Below are positions 7,992 through 15,529 of a DNA stretch of 46,486 nucleotides, piece by piece. The notes beneath the pieces were generated by a model. That model was not told the origin of the DNA. It made no database searches and saw only the letters and a program-made list of their open reading frames with translations. The position numbers and the translations under genes are program-made. Origin of the DNA: a virus; IMG/VR virus record IMGVR_UViG_3300017565_000009, positions 1-46,486 of that record; one strand, written 5' to 3'. Each line of letters begins with the position of its first letter. The stretch's first letter is position 1.

Positions 7992-8271
7992 CAAGCTGAC
8001 AGTGGGTCGCGCCGTGTTCGGGCCGACAGCTGTTTCATCCGGAATGCCGCCAGACCCGCTCGGGGACAACACGGCTATGCAACTGCATTCCGCGTGGAAG
8101 CAATTGTGCATCGACAACCCTGCGCGCATTGCCGCGCTTGAGGCCGAGATCGCGAAACTTCAGGCGTCTCTGGAGAAGATCGCCTGCCGGCACGTCACCG
8201 TTGAACCCTTGTGGTGGCAATTGGAAGCCCGCGCCGCCCTCGCCAAATCGACAGGAGGGGATGATGGGTGA
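7984..8271 (+). CDS. Hypothetical coiled-coil protein (95 aa) ending ...AKSTGGDDG
   Basis: Overlaps the upstream stop. Its 3' end contains the 28-nt junction repeat. Confidence 0.55.
   Translation: MGDKLTVGRAVFGPTAVSSGMPPDPLGDNTAMQLHSAWKQLCIDNPARIAALEAEIAKLQASLEKIACRHVTVEPLWWQLEARAALAKSTGGDDG
8240..8267 (+). repeat. Junction repeat copy 1 (TCGCCAAATCGACAGGAGGGGATGATGG)
   Basis: 27 of 28 nt are identical to 8538-8565. It carries the RBS and ATG of the next gene and encodes the K(S/A)TGGDDG tail of the previous one. Confidence 0.9.
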
Positions 8272-8575
8272 TGCGCAGATGAAAATTCTGGATGCGGCGG
8301 GGATGCTGATGAGGGCCACGGGACAGGTAGAAAAAGCGGAGGCGTTTGAGAGTATCAAGTGCCGCATCGCCGCCCTCACCGCCGAACGTGACGCCCTCCG
8401 CGCCAAGTTCGAGGAAGCTCGGGGGGCAATACAAGCCGCGATTGACTGCGGAATGGTGCCTACCACGTCCGCAAGTGAGGGCGGCGCGTCCCGATACGCA
8501 GAGCAAGTCATCGTGGCTGACAGGCTTCGGCAGGTCATCGCCAAAGCGACAGGAGGGGATGATGGCCAGCAGTAA
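8261..8575 (+). CDS. Hypothetical coiled-coil protein (104 aa) ending ...AKATGGDDGQQ
   Basis: GGAGGGG RBS inside the junction repeat. The gene is bracketed by the two repeat copies. Confidence 0.6.
   Translation: MMGDAQMKILDAAGMLMRATGQVEKAEAFESIKCRIAALTAERDALRAKFEEARGAIQAAIDCGMVPTTSASEGGASRYAEQVIVADRLRQVIAKATGGDDGQQ
8538..8565 (+). repeat. Junction repeat copy 2
   Basis: See 8240-8267. Confidence 0.9.
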
Positions 8576-8648
8576 CGCATCGCTGCACTACGCCCTCGCC
8601 ATTGAATTGTGGGTGGCGATTATCTGGATAGCCCGGATCGCCGCCTAA
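8559..8648 (+). CDS. Possible 29-aa hydrophobic peptide (MMASSNASLHYALAIELWVAIIWIARIAA)
   Basis: It has the same RBS-ATG context as the preceding gene and one predicted TM-like segment. It is very short. Confidence 0.35.
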   Translation: MMASSNASLHYALAIELWVAIIWIARIAA

Positions 8649-8679
8649 CAACTGAAAAATCAACCCTGGAGTTTGTTTG

Positions 8680-9315
8680 ATGAACGCCAAATTCAAGCTG
8701 ACCAGCGAAACCAAGAACTGGTTCGGCAGAACTCTGTTTCGTATCGAGGCCCTGATTTCGTTTGGGTCAGTCGAGGCCGGCGACAAGGGCGGTTTTGTCG
8801 AGAAGGAAGAGAATATCTCTCCGGACGGCAACGCCTGGGTCTCCGGCGACGCCCGGGTCTTCGGCGACGCCCGGGTCTCCGGCAACGCCCTGGTCTCCGG
8901 CGACGCCCAGGTCTTCGGCAACGCCCGGGTCTCCGTCAACGCCCGGGTCTCCGGCGACACCCGGGTCTACGGCGACGCCCGGGTCTCCGGCGACGCCCGG
9001 GTCTACGGCAACGCCTGGGTCTCCGGCAACGCCCGGGTCTACGGCGACGCCCGGGTCTCCGGCAACGCCCTGGTCGTAAAGCCCATCACCACGGCCACCC
9101 GCTCTGACGGCTACACTTTCGCGCTGTTGCCCCACAAGGATGGATCGTTCCGTATCACGGCAGGATGCAGGCATTTCACGTTCAGTGAGGCTGACGCCCA
9201 CTGGACGTGGCGAGACGGGACGCCTCTGGGCGACGAGACCCGGGCCATTCTCAAGTTTTTCCGGACAGCGGCAGCGATCCCCGGCATCGCTCACGTTGCG
9301 GAGGACGCAGCATGA
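8680..9315 (+). CDS. Hexapeptide-repeat (left-handed beta-helix-like) protein with a C-terminal AGCRHFT...HW domain
   Basis: 14 consecutive [GV][ND]AxV[SFY] hexads. GGAG RBS 8 nt before ATG 8680. Confidence 0.8.
   Translation: MNAKFKLTSETKNWFGRTLFRIEALISFGSVEAGDKGGFVEKEENISPDGNAWVSGDARVFGDARVSGNALVSGDAQVFGNARVSVNARVSGDTRVYGDARVSGDARVYGNAWVSGNARVYGDARVSGNALVVKPITTATRSDGYTFALLPHKDGSFRITAGCRHFTFSEADAHWTWRDGTPLGDETRAILKFFRTAAAIPGIAHVAEDAA
8827..9078 (+). repeat. Tandem array of 18 bp x 14 (consensus GGCGACGCCCGGGTCTCC) that encodes the hexapeptide repeats
   Basis: Units counted directly. The array keeps all six frames open, which explains the overlapping track ORFs here. Confidence 0.95.
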
Positions 9316-10121
9316 CCACCACCCCAGAAACCCGCGTCGTGCCGGTTGAACCAGACGACAACATGATCGACGCTGCTAAGCGCGCCTGGTCGCAGAAGTG
9401 CGCGGACGTGGAGGCCAATTACCCGACTGAGCATCCTGATGATGGTGGTGGGCCTATGGGATATGCGATCCGAGCAGCAATCGCCGCCGCCCCTGCCGCG
9501 CCTGCGCCGGAGCCGGAGCCGGAGCCGGTGGCGTACCAGACGCTGACGGCCGGCAAGTGGGTGGAGTGCTCAGAATTTGTCGCCAAGGGATGGGGTGACA
9601 CCCTTGCTGATGGGTGTCGGGCGCTCTACGCCGCCCCGCTAGCCCCCGTTGCCGCCAGTGCGGTGGAGCCGCCGTATGTCACGCACCGGCCCTTGATCCG
9701 CAATGCCATTGCGTTGCTACGCATGCGCGGTGGCAGCACGGACGCCATGCGTGTGGTGCGCGATCTGGAGGCGTTGCTGCAAGGGATGCCTACGCCGGCC
9801 GATCTAGTGTCTCCAAAATGGCTGAGCATTGCCGCCAGTGCGGACATGCGGGACGCCTACGTTGGCGCGCGCGAGGACTTGGCGATCTGGAAGAAACGGG
9901 CGCTTGAGGCAGAAGCGAAGTTGCGGGCAAACCCCGTTGCCGCCAGTGCGGTGGATGCGATCCAGTTTATCGAGAAGCGCCGCGACGACTACGTGCGCGA
10001 CCACGGTATCTATGACCCATCGACAGGCGTGACGGAATTTCCGGGCAACGGCGACGAATACGTTGGCGAGCTTGAGGAAATCATTGACGGCTTGCGCGCA
10101 GCGGCGGAGGGAAACCGATGA
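9312..10121 (+). CDS. Hypothetical protein (269 aa) with a Pro/Ala/Glu linker and repeated PVAASAV motifs
   Basis: ATGA coupling to the upstream gene. Long ORF in series. Confidence 0.7.
   Translation: MTTTPETRVVPVEPDDNMIDAAKRAWSQKCADVEANYPTEHPDDGGGPMGYAIRAAIAAAPAAPAPEPEPEPVAYQTLTAGKWVECSEFVAKGWGDTLADGCRALYAAPLAPVAASAVEPPYVTHRPLIRNAIALLRMRGGSTDAMRVVRDLEALLQGMPTPADLVSPKWLSIAASADMRDAYVGAREDLAIWKKRALEAEAKLRANPVAASAVDAIQFIEKRRDDYVRDHGIYDPSTGVTEFPGNGDEYVGELEEIIDGLRAAAEGNR
9644..9955 (+). repeat. Dispersed direct repeats inside the CDS. A 24-nt repeat, CCCCGTTGCCGCCAGTGCGGTGGA, lies at 9644-9667 and 9932-9955. A 15-nt core, TTGCCGCCAGTGCGG, also lies at 9829-9843.
   Basis: Exact matches read from the sequence. 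Confidence 0.9.
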
Positions 10122-10615
10122 CCCCTAATGAGGCAAAGGCGGCGGTAAAGATGCTCCGGGCCGTCTGGGCGCATCAGGAGGAATCCCGGCGGGGCAAGTG
10201 GCGCAAGCGCTGGATGAACCAGGCCGAGTTGATTGGCGGCTGGTCCAAAGACCCCCGAACGCACGTTGGATGCGTATTTGTCAAAGACAACCATCGGCTC
10301 ATGGACGGATACAACGGCCTGCCGCGCGGCGTCTGCGATGACCCGCCGGTGAGGTGGGGGCCGGAGGAAAAGTACGACTGGATGTGCCATGCGGAAGCCA
10401 GCGGCGTGGCCAAGGCGGCCCGACATGGCGTCAGTCTCATGGGGTCGACGTGCTTTGTCACGCACAAGCCCTGCTCGCAGTGCATGTCCCTGATGCTCAA
10501 TGCGGGCGTCGCGGCTGTCATTTACGGGCCGGGCAAAACCAGCATGCCGGAACAGAAATTCCGGATAACGACAATCATGTGCGAGGAAGCCGGGGTGCGG
10601 CTGGAGGCTTACTGA
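10118..10615 (+). CDS. dCMP (deoxycytidylate) deaminase
   Basis: Zinc-binding motifs CHAE and PCSQC with the spacing of the cytidine/dCMP deaminase family. Confidence 0.85.
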   Translation: MTPNEAKAAVKMLRAVWAHQEESRRGKWRKRWMNQAELIGGWSKDPRTHVGCVFVKDNHRLMDGYNGLPRGVCDDPPVRWGPEEKYDWMCHAEASGVAKAARHGVSLMGSTCFVTHKPCSQCMSLMLNAGVAAVIYGPGKTSMPEQKFRITTIMCEEAGVRLEAY

Positions 10616-11151
10616 TGAGCTGGATTCAAACTTACTCGGGCGCCGTCTTCGATCCGCTGGAGCCCATGCGGCACGAAATGCCCCTGCGGGATATCGCCCA
10701 CTCGCTCTCCATGCAGTGCCGCTACAACGGCCATTGCCTGAAATTCTACAGCGTGGCCGAGCACTGCATACTCCTGGTCGCGGCCCTGAGCCGGGATGGC
10801 GTCAAGGATCGTGACATCCTGCGGTGGGCGCTCATGCACGACGCCCCCGAAAGTTGGCTTTGTGACCTGCCGCGCCCGCTCAAGCCTCATGTGTTGGGGT
10901 TTGCCGACCTTGAAGAGGCGGCGGAACGGGCCGTGGCCGAGCGTTTCGACCTCTCCCCCGCCATCCCCGATATCGTCAAGGAATATGACGCCCGGGTCCT
11001 GCACGATGAGAAAGCCCAGAACATGGCGCCCGGACCGGAATGGGGTATCCCCGGCGAGCCGCTGGGGGTCAAACTGAAATTCTGGTCGCCGGAGGATGCG
11101 AAAATTCGCTTCATCACCACCGCGCGCATGCTGGGCCTGCGTGTCACATGA
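10615..11151 (+). CDS. HD-domain phosphohydrolase (YfbR-like 5'-deoxynucleotidase type)
   Basis: SVAEHC ... MHDAPE ... D motifs of the HD superfamily. TGATG overlap with the deaminase gene. Confidence 0.75.
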   Translation: MSWIQTYSGAVFDPLEPMRHEMPLRDIAHSLSMQCRYNGHCLKFYSVAEHCILLVAALSRDGVKDRDILRWALMHDAPESWLCDLPRPLKPHVLGFADLEEAAERAVAERFDLSPAIPDIVKEYDARVLHDEKAQNMAPGPEWGIPGEPLGVKLKFWSPEDAKIRFITTARMLGLRVT

Positions 11152-11543
11152 CGCCGGCCGATCGCATTGAAATGCTGCAGGAGGAAAACCGCCAGTTGCG
11201 TGAGGCGCTGGCCCCTACCCTCCCCATACTCCCCCGGGTGCGGCTGACGCCCTGCGAGAGTGTTCTGGTCTCGCTGATGTTACATCAGGACGTGGCCAGC
11301 TATGAGCGCATCCGGCTGTCCGTCAAACCCCTGTTTCCGCACGATTATGACATGAGTGAGTCGGGGGTGCGGGTGCTGGCCTACAAGACCCGGATCAAGT
11401 TGCGAATGCTGGGGGTCGAGATGCAGACGCTCTACAAGGTGGGGCACTACCTGCTCCCGGAAGACAAGGATATCCTGCGTGGCCAACTGGACAAAAGCCG
11501 ACGAGCGGCGCCGGCAGAAGGCGCTGGAGCGGGGGGCGCTTAA
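11148..11543 (+). CDS. OmpR/PhoB-type winged-helix DNA-binding protein with an N-terminal coiled coil
   Basis: LTPCESVLVSLML...SESGVRVLAYKTRIKLRMLGVEMQTLYKVGHYL parallels the LTxxE...V.VHI..LR.KL....I.TV.G.GY pattern. Confidence 0.55.
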   Translation: MTPADRIEMLQEENRQLREALAPTLPILPRVRLTPCESVLVSLMLHQDVASYERIRLSVKPLFPHDYDMSESGVRVLAYKTRIKLRMLGVEMQTLYKVGHYLLPEDKDILRGQLDKSRRAAPAEGAGAGGA

Positions 11544-11811
11544 CCGGCGCCTTCTGAACGAATGGCAACTGGCGGAACGCATCTGGATTTCCTGGGCTTC
11601 CCGCAATGCCAAGCCGCCTGGCCGGCGCTCCCGGCTGGTGCGGGCCCGGGTTGGAGATGTTCCCGTGCGCATCAATTTGCGCCGCGCTCTCCCCCAACCC
11701 CATCTGGATGTAGAAATTGACCCCGCGTCTGAGCTAGGACGCGATTTACTGGAGTGGTTGAAGTCCAGAACCGCGCCGGGCCAGTTGGAGCGCGAGTTGT
11801 TGACCTACTGA
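11479..11811 (+). CDS. Hypothetical basic protein. The start is uncertain (GTG 11479 after AAGGA). It overlaps the upstream gene by 65 nt.
   Basis: Open frame with coding-like composition and no in-frame ATG. Confidence 0.4.
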   Translation: MANWTKADERRRQKALERGALNRRLLNEWQLAERIWISWASRNAKPPGRRSRLVRARVGDVPVRINLRRALPQPHLDVEIDPASELGRDLLEWLKSRTAPGQLERELLTY

Positions 11812-11829
11812 GCAAAGAGAGGATGCGAA

Positions 11830-12357
11830 ATGAGACTGACGAATTTGTTCCGGTCGAAGATTGCCACACGGGCGATTGAGGCGGCGTACGCCAAGCGCGC
11901 GGCGGAACTGCTGGACCGCGAATATCGGGTGGCGTGGGATGTCTACCGGGTCTTTGTTTCCGCTGAAGTGGAAATGCGGGTGAAGAGGCTCCCCAAAGGG
12001 TGGGTGCGGTATGGTGACGTGGTCAGGTTTCACGCGGCGGACGGGCGGTTTTTGCACCTCAAGATTCGGGCGGAGCACCCCATGGCCGACCAAACCCGAT
12101 GGCAGTTGAGGGACGTGGGGTCTCCCGTCTCTATTGATGTCGATCGCCTTTTGCGGGACGAGGAAAAGCTGCGGGCCGACAAGGCCGAAACCCGGCTGAA
12201 GCTGGAAACGCTTCTGGAGAGCTACACGACCGACAATGCCTTGCGGGAAGCGTGGCCCGAGGGCCGACCGTTCATTGACGCAGCGATGGCCCCACCGTCG
12301 GCGCCCAAAGTTCTCGCTCCTGATTTCAGTTTCTTCAGGGGATTGATCGACGGCTAG
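11830..12357 (+). CDS. Hypothetical protein (175 aa), last gene of the early block
   Basis: GAGAGGA RBS. Followed by a terminator. Confidence 0.7.
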   Translation: MRLTNLFRSKIATRAIEAAYAKRAAELLDREYRVAWDVYRVFVSAEVEMRVKRLPKGWVRYGDVVRFHAADGRFLHLKIRAEHPMADQTRWQLRDVGSPVSIDVDRLLRDEEKLRADKAETRLKLETLLESYTTDNALREAWPEGRPFIDAAMAPPSAPKVLAPDFSFFRGLIDG

Positions 12358-12406
12358 AATACCGCTAAGTTTCGCGTGCGTCAGTTAGTAGAGCGTCCTC
12401 CCAATG

Positions 12407-12442
12407 AAGACCCCCGGGCCCATCCCTCCCGGGGGTCTTTTT
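12407..12442. terminator. Terminator hairpin between the convergent early (+) and lysis (-) units
   Basis: 12-bp perfect stem, AAGACCCCCGGG with CCCGGGGGTCTT, followed by a T-run on the + strand. Confidence 0.75.
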
Positions 12443-12446
12443 GCGT

Positions 12447-12689
12447 TCAGGAGTTGCTGGCGGTAGCGGCGGCCCGGGCCAGCTTGGGATCCGAGCTGTA
12501 AACCGTCACGTCCGGCATGGCCGCGACACTGGCGACCTGAGCCGCCGGACGGCGCGCCCAGAGCCCCCACAAGGCCGTCGCCGCGACGATGAGGGCGCCG
12601 GCCGCCTCTTCCATACCATCAAGCGGTATCCAGCCCTTGCTGGCCGCCCACGTGCCGAGGGCAATGAGGGCATATCGCAGCAGCATCAT
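12447..12689 (-). CDS. Small two-TM membrane protein of the lysis cassette (holin-like or spanin-like)
   Basis: Two hydrophobic helices. ATGA overlap with the upstream lipoprotein gene. Confidence 0.6.
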   Translation of the reverse strand: MMLLRYALIALGTWAASKGWIPLDGMEEAAGALIVAATALWGLWARRPAAQVASVAAMPDVTVYSSDPKLARAAATASNS

Positions 12690-12964
12690 TTACGGGCCTC
12701 CTGAAGCGCCAGCAGCGCGCGCCGTACGGCGCCGAGGGCCGAGACGGTATCGGTGGGCGGCGTGGCGCACACGGCGCTGATGACCATGACGGCCTCGGCG
12801 GCCTTGAGGCGGACCTTCTCGGGCGCCCCGACCTGCACGGCCAGCACTGCGAGCTGGAGGGCCTGACATTGCTGCCCCAGCTTGCTGGCGGCGTTGTCGA
12901 GCGTCTGGCAGGCGCCCAGGGACATGGCGAGGGCAACCGCCCCCGCCGCAAATAACTTGCGCAT
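12686..12964 (-). CDS. Lipoprotein (92 aa), a possible outer-membrane spanin component
   Basis: Signal peptide MRKLFAAGAVALAMSLGAC with an L-G-A-C lipobox. GGAG RBS. Immediately downstream of the endolysin gene. Confidence 0.65.
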   Translation of the reverse strand: MRKLFAAGAVALAMSLGACQTLDNAASKLGQQCQALQLAVLAVQVGAPEKVRLKAAEAVMVISAVCATPPTDTVSALGAVRRALLALQEARK

Positions 12965-12968
12965 GTGA

Positions 12969-13688
12969 TTACTCCAGTGCGGCCCAGGTGGCCGGCCCCA
13001 CCTTACCGTCAACCATCAGCTTGCGCGAGCGCTGGAAGGCTTCCACGGCCTTTTGCGTCAGATCGCCAAAGTCGCCATCTTCCCGCAGTTTGGGGCTGGC
13101 CCCCAGAGCGTTGAGGCGCTGCTGCAGGTATTCGACGTGCGGCCCCAGATGGCCACGAAGGGTGAGAGGGCGCGCGGGTTTGGGTGCGCTTGGGGAGGGT
13201 GGCGGAAGGCGCGCGGGGCTGGCTTTGGTCCACGCCGCCTGGAAGTGCATGCCGTCAGGGTTGCTCCAGTGGCCACCCCATTCCCAGCCCTCAGCCTCAA
13301 AGGCGCGGATGACGAGCGGGTCCATCTTCGGGTTGCGGTTGCCCAGGCCATTGCGGGCCGGGTCAAAGTCCACGGCGCAGCCATAGGAGTGCATGGACAG
13401 TGAGGATCCCGTACGCATGGGCCGGTAGTTGTAGCCCCCACCCCAGTTGCTCATGCCGATGCGGTCAATTTCCGCCTGAGACCTTCCGCAGGCCTCCCAG
13501 ATGGCGTTCAGCACCCGCTTGAGGCTGTCCGCGCACTTGCGGTGGACACGCATCCCGGAGGTCTTTTTGCCATCGTAATAGAGGGTCCAGGGGGCCGGGA
13601 TCGATACCAGATTCGCGGCCTCCCAGGCGGCGGTTCCGGGCACGCCGTAGAAGGTCGGACAGGCGGATTGAAGTGGCCACGTGGTCAT
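12969..13688 (-). CDS. Endolysin: M15-family peptidase with a C-terminal peptidoglycan-binding domain
   Basis: SMHSYGCAVDFD and DGMHF are zinc-peptidase M15 motifs. DGDFGDLTQKAVEAFQ...VDGKVGPATWAAL is PG_binding_1-like. GGAGA RBS before ATG 13688. Confidence 0.85.
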   Translation of the reverse strand: MTTWPLQSACPTFYGVPGTAAWEAANLVSIPAPWTLYYDGKKTSGMRVHRKCADSLKRVLNAIWEACGRSQAEIDRIGMSNWGGGYNYRPMRTGSSLSMHSYGCAVDFDPARNGLGNRNPKMDPLVIRAFEAEGWEWGGHWSNPDGMHFQAAWTKASPARLPPPSPSAPKPARPLTLRGHLGPHVEYLQQRLNALGASPKLREDGDFGDLTQKAVEAFQRSRKLMVDGKVGPATWAALE

Positions 13689-13702
13689 ATTTGGGGTCTC
13701 CG

Positions 13703-13743
13703 TTAATTGCCGGGGGAATATAGCACGTCTCGCCGGCAATTAA
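13703..13743. promoter_or_regulatory. 11-bp perfect inverted repeat, TTAATTGCCGG-N19-CCGGCAATTAA, just upstream of the endolysin RBS
   Basis: Read directly. The spacer contains TATATT on the - strand. Confidence 0.6.
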
Positions 13744-14454
13744 AATGAGGCAACTTTGTGGCGGAGCGTCGTGGCGCAAAATAACAAGTTTTTAATTGCT
13801 GGAGGGCTTTTGGTAACGGTTCCGTGATGTTGGGGGCATATCGTATTGAAGACGTTGAGATATTTTTGGAGATAGGCATAGGTTGTTGAAATCGTTGGGG
13901 AAATTTGGGCTCCTGAATTTTGGTCGAGCGGGACGGCTTGAAGTAAAGGTTCATGAACCAGGGCTTAGGGTACTGTAATTGGCTGATGTTCGTCCGAAAT
14001 CCCACGATCCCACACTTTTTGGCCGGTCAGCCCCATGTGACGAGGGGTAAATGTAACAATGTTGCATTATGACAATCGTTAACTAAAGGATTAACCTTTA
14101 CACGGGGGATTCCGAAAAATATCCGTTTTTCCGTTTTTTTTATTAAATTATATAATAAATAGAATAAGATAACCCTCCCAAACTCAGGATTTTCAAAACC
14201 GTTTTTTTTGTGGGATCGTCCAAAAACACCCCTCTTCAACTCTATTTTCTTAAAGAATTTCAAATACCTAAGCCTTACAAAAATTTGGTTTTCGCGCTCT
14301 CCCCAAATCCCGGGATCGCAAATTGCACCGTGACCATCCCCCACAATGGCCCGTGCGTGTGTTTGGTATCGCCCAGAATTGACGCTTTGAGGGCGTCGGG
14401 TATGATGAGGGCCAGGGGCCGCTTTTAGCCGCTGACGACGCTACCGGAGACAAA
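13744..14454. other. AT-rich region between the divergent lysis and late units, with no convincing gene. Candidate pac/cos site, origin or promoter hub.
   Basis: Hand-counted G+C is about 27-50% per 60-nt line, against above 60% in flanking genes. It has T5-T8 tracts, an AT core at 14140-14170, and an inverted repeat ACGATCCCACA (14004-14014) with TGTGGGATCGT (14209-14219). Confidence 0.6.
14379..14406 (+). promoter_or_regulatory. Sigma70-like promoter in front of the late/packaging operon
   Basis: TTGACG, a 16-nt spacer, then TATGAT. It lies 49 nt upstream of ATG 14455. Confidence 0.55.
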
Positions 14455-14760
14455 ATGGATATTTTGATCATCGTCACCCCAACGGGTAACGGAACGCGCG
14501 GACCGCGCTATCGGGCGGAGTGGATGGGCGTCCCCGTGGCCAATTCCCGGACGCCATTTTTCGCCGCCGCCCGGACGCTTCTGGCGCAGGGGTTGCCGCC
14601 GGACGCAACGCTGGTCATGCGGCACGCGGGAAGCCAGATTGACTCCATCCGTCAACGTCTGGGGCGCGCGGCGGCACTGACGATCTCGGAGCCCGACAAG
14701 GGGCGGGTGCGCGCGACGCGATGGACGCCACACGAGGCAAACGTTACAAAGGGGGCATGA
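14455..14760 (+). CDS. Hypothetical protein (101 aa), first gene of the late operon
   Basis: GGAGA RBS. ATGA coupling to terS. Confidence 0.65.
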   Translation: MDILIIVTPTGNGTRGPRYRAEWMGVPVANSRTPFFAAARTLLAQGLPPDATLVMRHAGSQIDSIRQRLGRAAALTISEPDKGRVRATRWTPHEANVTKGA

Positions 14761-15509
14761 CGGACCTGTCAGAACCCGAAGAACTGTTCCTCCAGCTCTG
14801 GTCGCAAAGCCGCGACCGGATTGAGTCGTGGCGCGCGGCGTTTCCCGACCGTGACCATCGCCGGCGCCCCGTTTCGGAGCGCATCGCGGAATTGCTCAAA
14901 AGGCCCGAGGTGCGTGCGAGGTGGGAAGAGCTGGAGCTGAAGCGGGCGGAGCGCCTGGGGTTCTCGCGGGAATCGGCCATCCGGATGCTGCTCGACGTGT
15001 GGCATGCGGACGTCAATGAGGTCGTCAGCTTGCGCCGGGGATGCTGCCGGCACTGCCATGGCGAGGATCACCGCTACCAGTGGACGGAAGTTGAATACGC
15101 CGACGCGCTGGCCAAGGCCGCCGCAAACAAACCGGAGCCACTGCCTCCCCCGGATATTGCGGGGGGTTTCGGTTTTGACCACGCGCAGGACCCCCACCCC
15201 GACTGCCCGCAATGCCAGGGAGACGGAGACGCCCGGCTGGTCATGCGTGACACGACGCAGCTCAGCGAGGAAGGACGCCGGCTCTATCTGGGCGTGAGGG
15301 AGCGCAAGGGGGGTCTGGAGGTCGTCATTGCGGACCGGCAGAAGGCGCTGGAGCTGGCGTGCCGGCTCGCCGGGTTCCTTGGGGGTGGCATTGAACAGCT
15401 CATGGGGGCGGCCTTTGCGGGCGTCATGCGCGCCCAGGAGCTGAAAGACCTTGACCCCGAGGCCGCAGCCCGGGCATACCAGAGTATGTTGACGGGACGG
15501 TCAACCTAA
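14757..15509 (+). CDS. terS: Terminase small subunit (with a Cys-rich zinc-ribbon insertion)
   Basis: It lies upstream of terL. The C-terminal ADRQKALELACRLAGFLGG resembles the Terminase_2 family. Cys motifs are CCRHCHG and CPQCQG. Confidence 0.6.
   Translation: MTDLSEPEELFLQLWSQSRDRIESWRAAFPDRDHRRRPVSERIAELLKRPEVRARWEELELKRAERLGFSRESAIRMLLDVWHADVNEVVSLRRGCCRHCHGEDHRYQWTEVEYADALAKAAANKPEPLPPPDIAGGFGFDHAQDPHPDCPQCQGDGDARLVMRDTTQLSEEGRRLYLGVRERKGGLEVVIADRQKALELACRLAGFLGGGIEQLMGAAFAGVMRAQELKDLDPEAAARAYQSMLTGRST
15489..15504. promoter_or_regulatory. Palindrome S3, TTGACGGGACGGTCAA, the exact reverse complement of S4
   Basis: It lies in the last 7 codons of terS and ends 2 nt before the TAA stop. 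Confidence 0.6.
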
Positions 15510-15529
15510 CTGGAGACGAGGTGACGTCG

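Noticed and set aside
8827-9078. A regular short-repeat array that could be mistaken for a CRISPR array
   Set aside because: The units are contiguous 18-mers with no spacers, in frame, and they encode hexapeptide repeats of a single protein. There are no cas genes.
12379-12442. A tRNA-like stretch (TCAGTTAGTAGAGCG resembles a D-arm) next to a GC hairpin
   Set aside because: No acceptor stem can be drawn. The anticodon loop lacks U33 and a purine at position 37. The hairpin loop is not a T-loop. The hairpin is better explained as the intergenic terminator.
13703-14344. Two ORFs of about 100 codons on the - strand (13703-14005 and 14027-14344), and 14210-14428 on the + strand, in the AT-rich region
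   Set aside because: They have no Shine-Dalgarno sequences and non-ATG or weak starts. Their sequences are low-complexity, and the Lys runs simply mirror the T tracts. There is no TM segment, which a holin upstream of the endolysin would be expected to have. They stay as a caveat under the AT-rich region finding.
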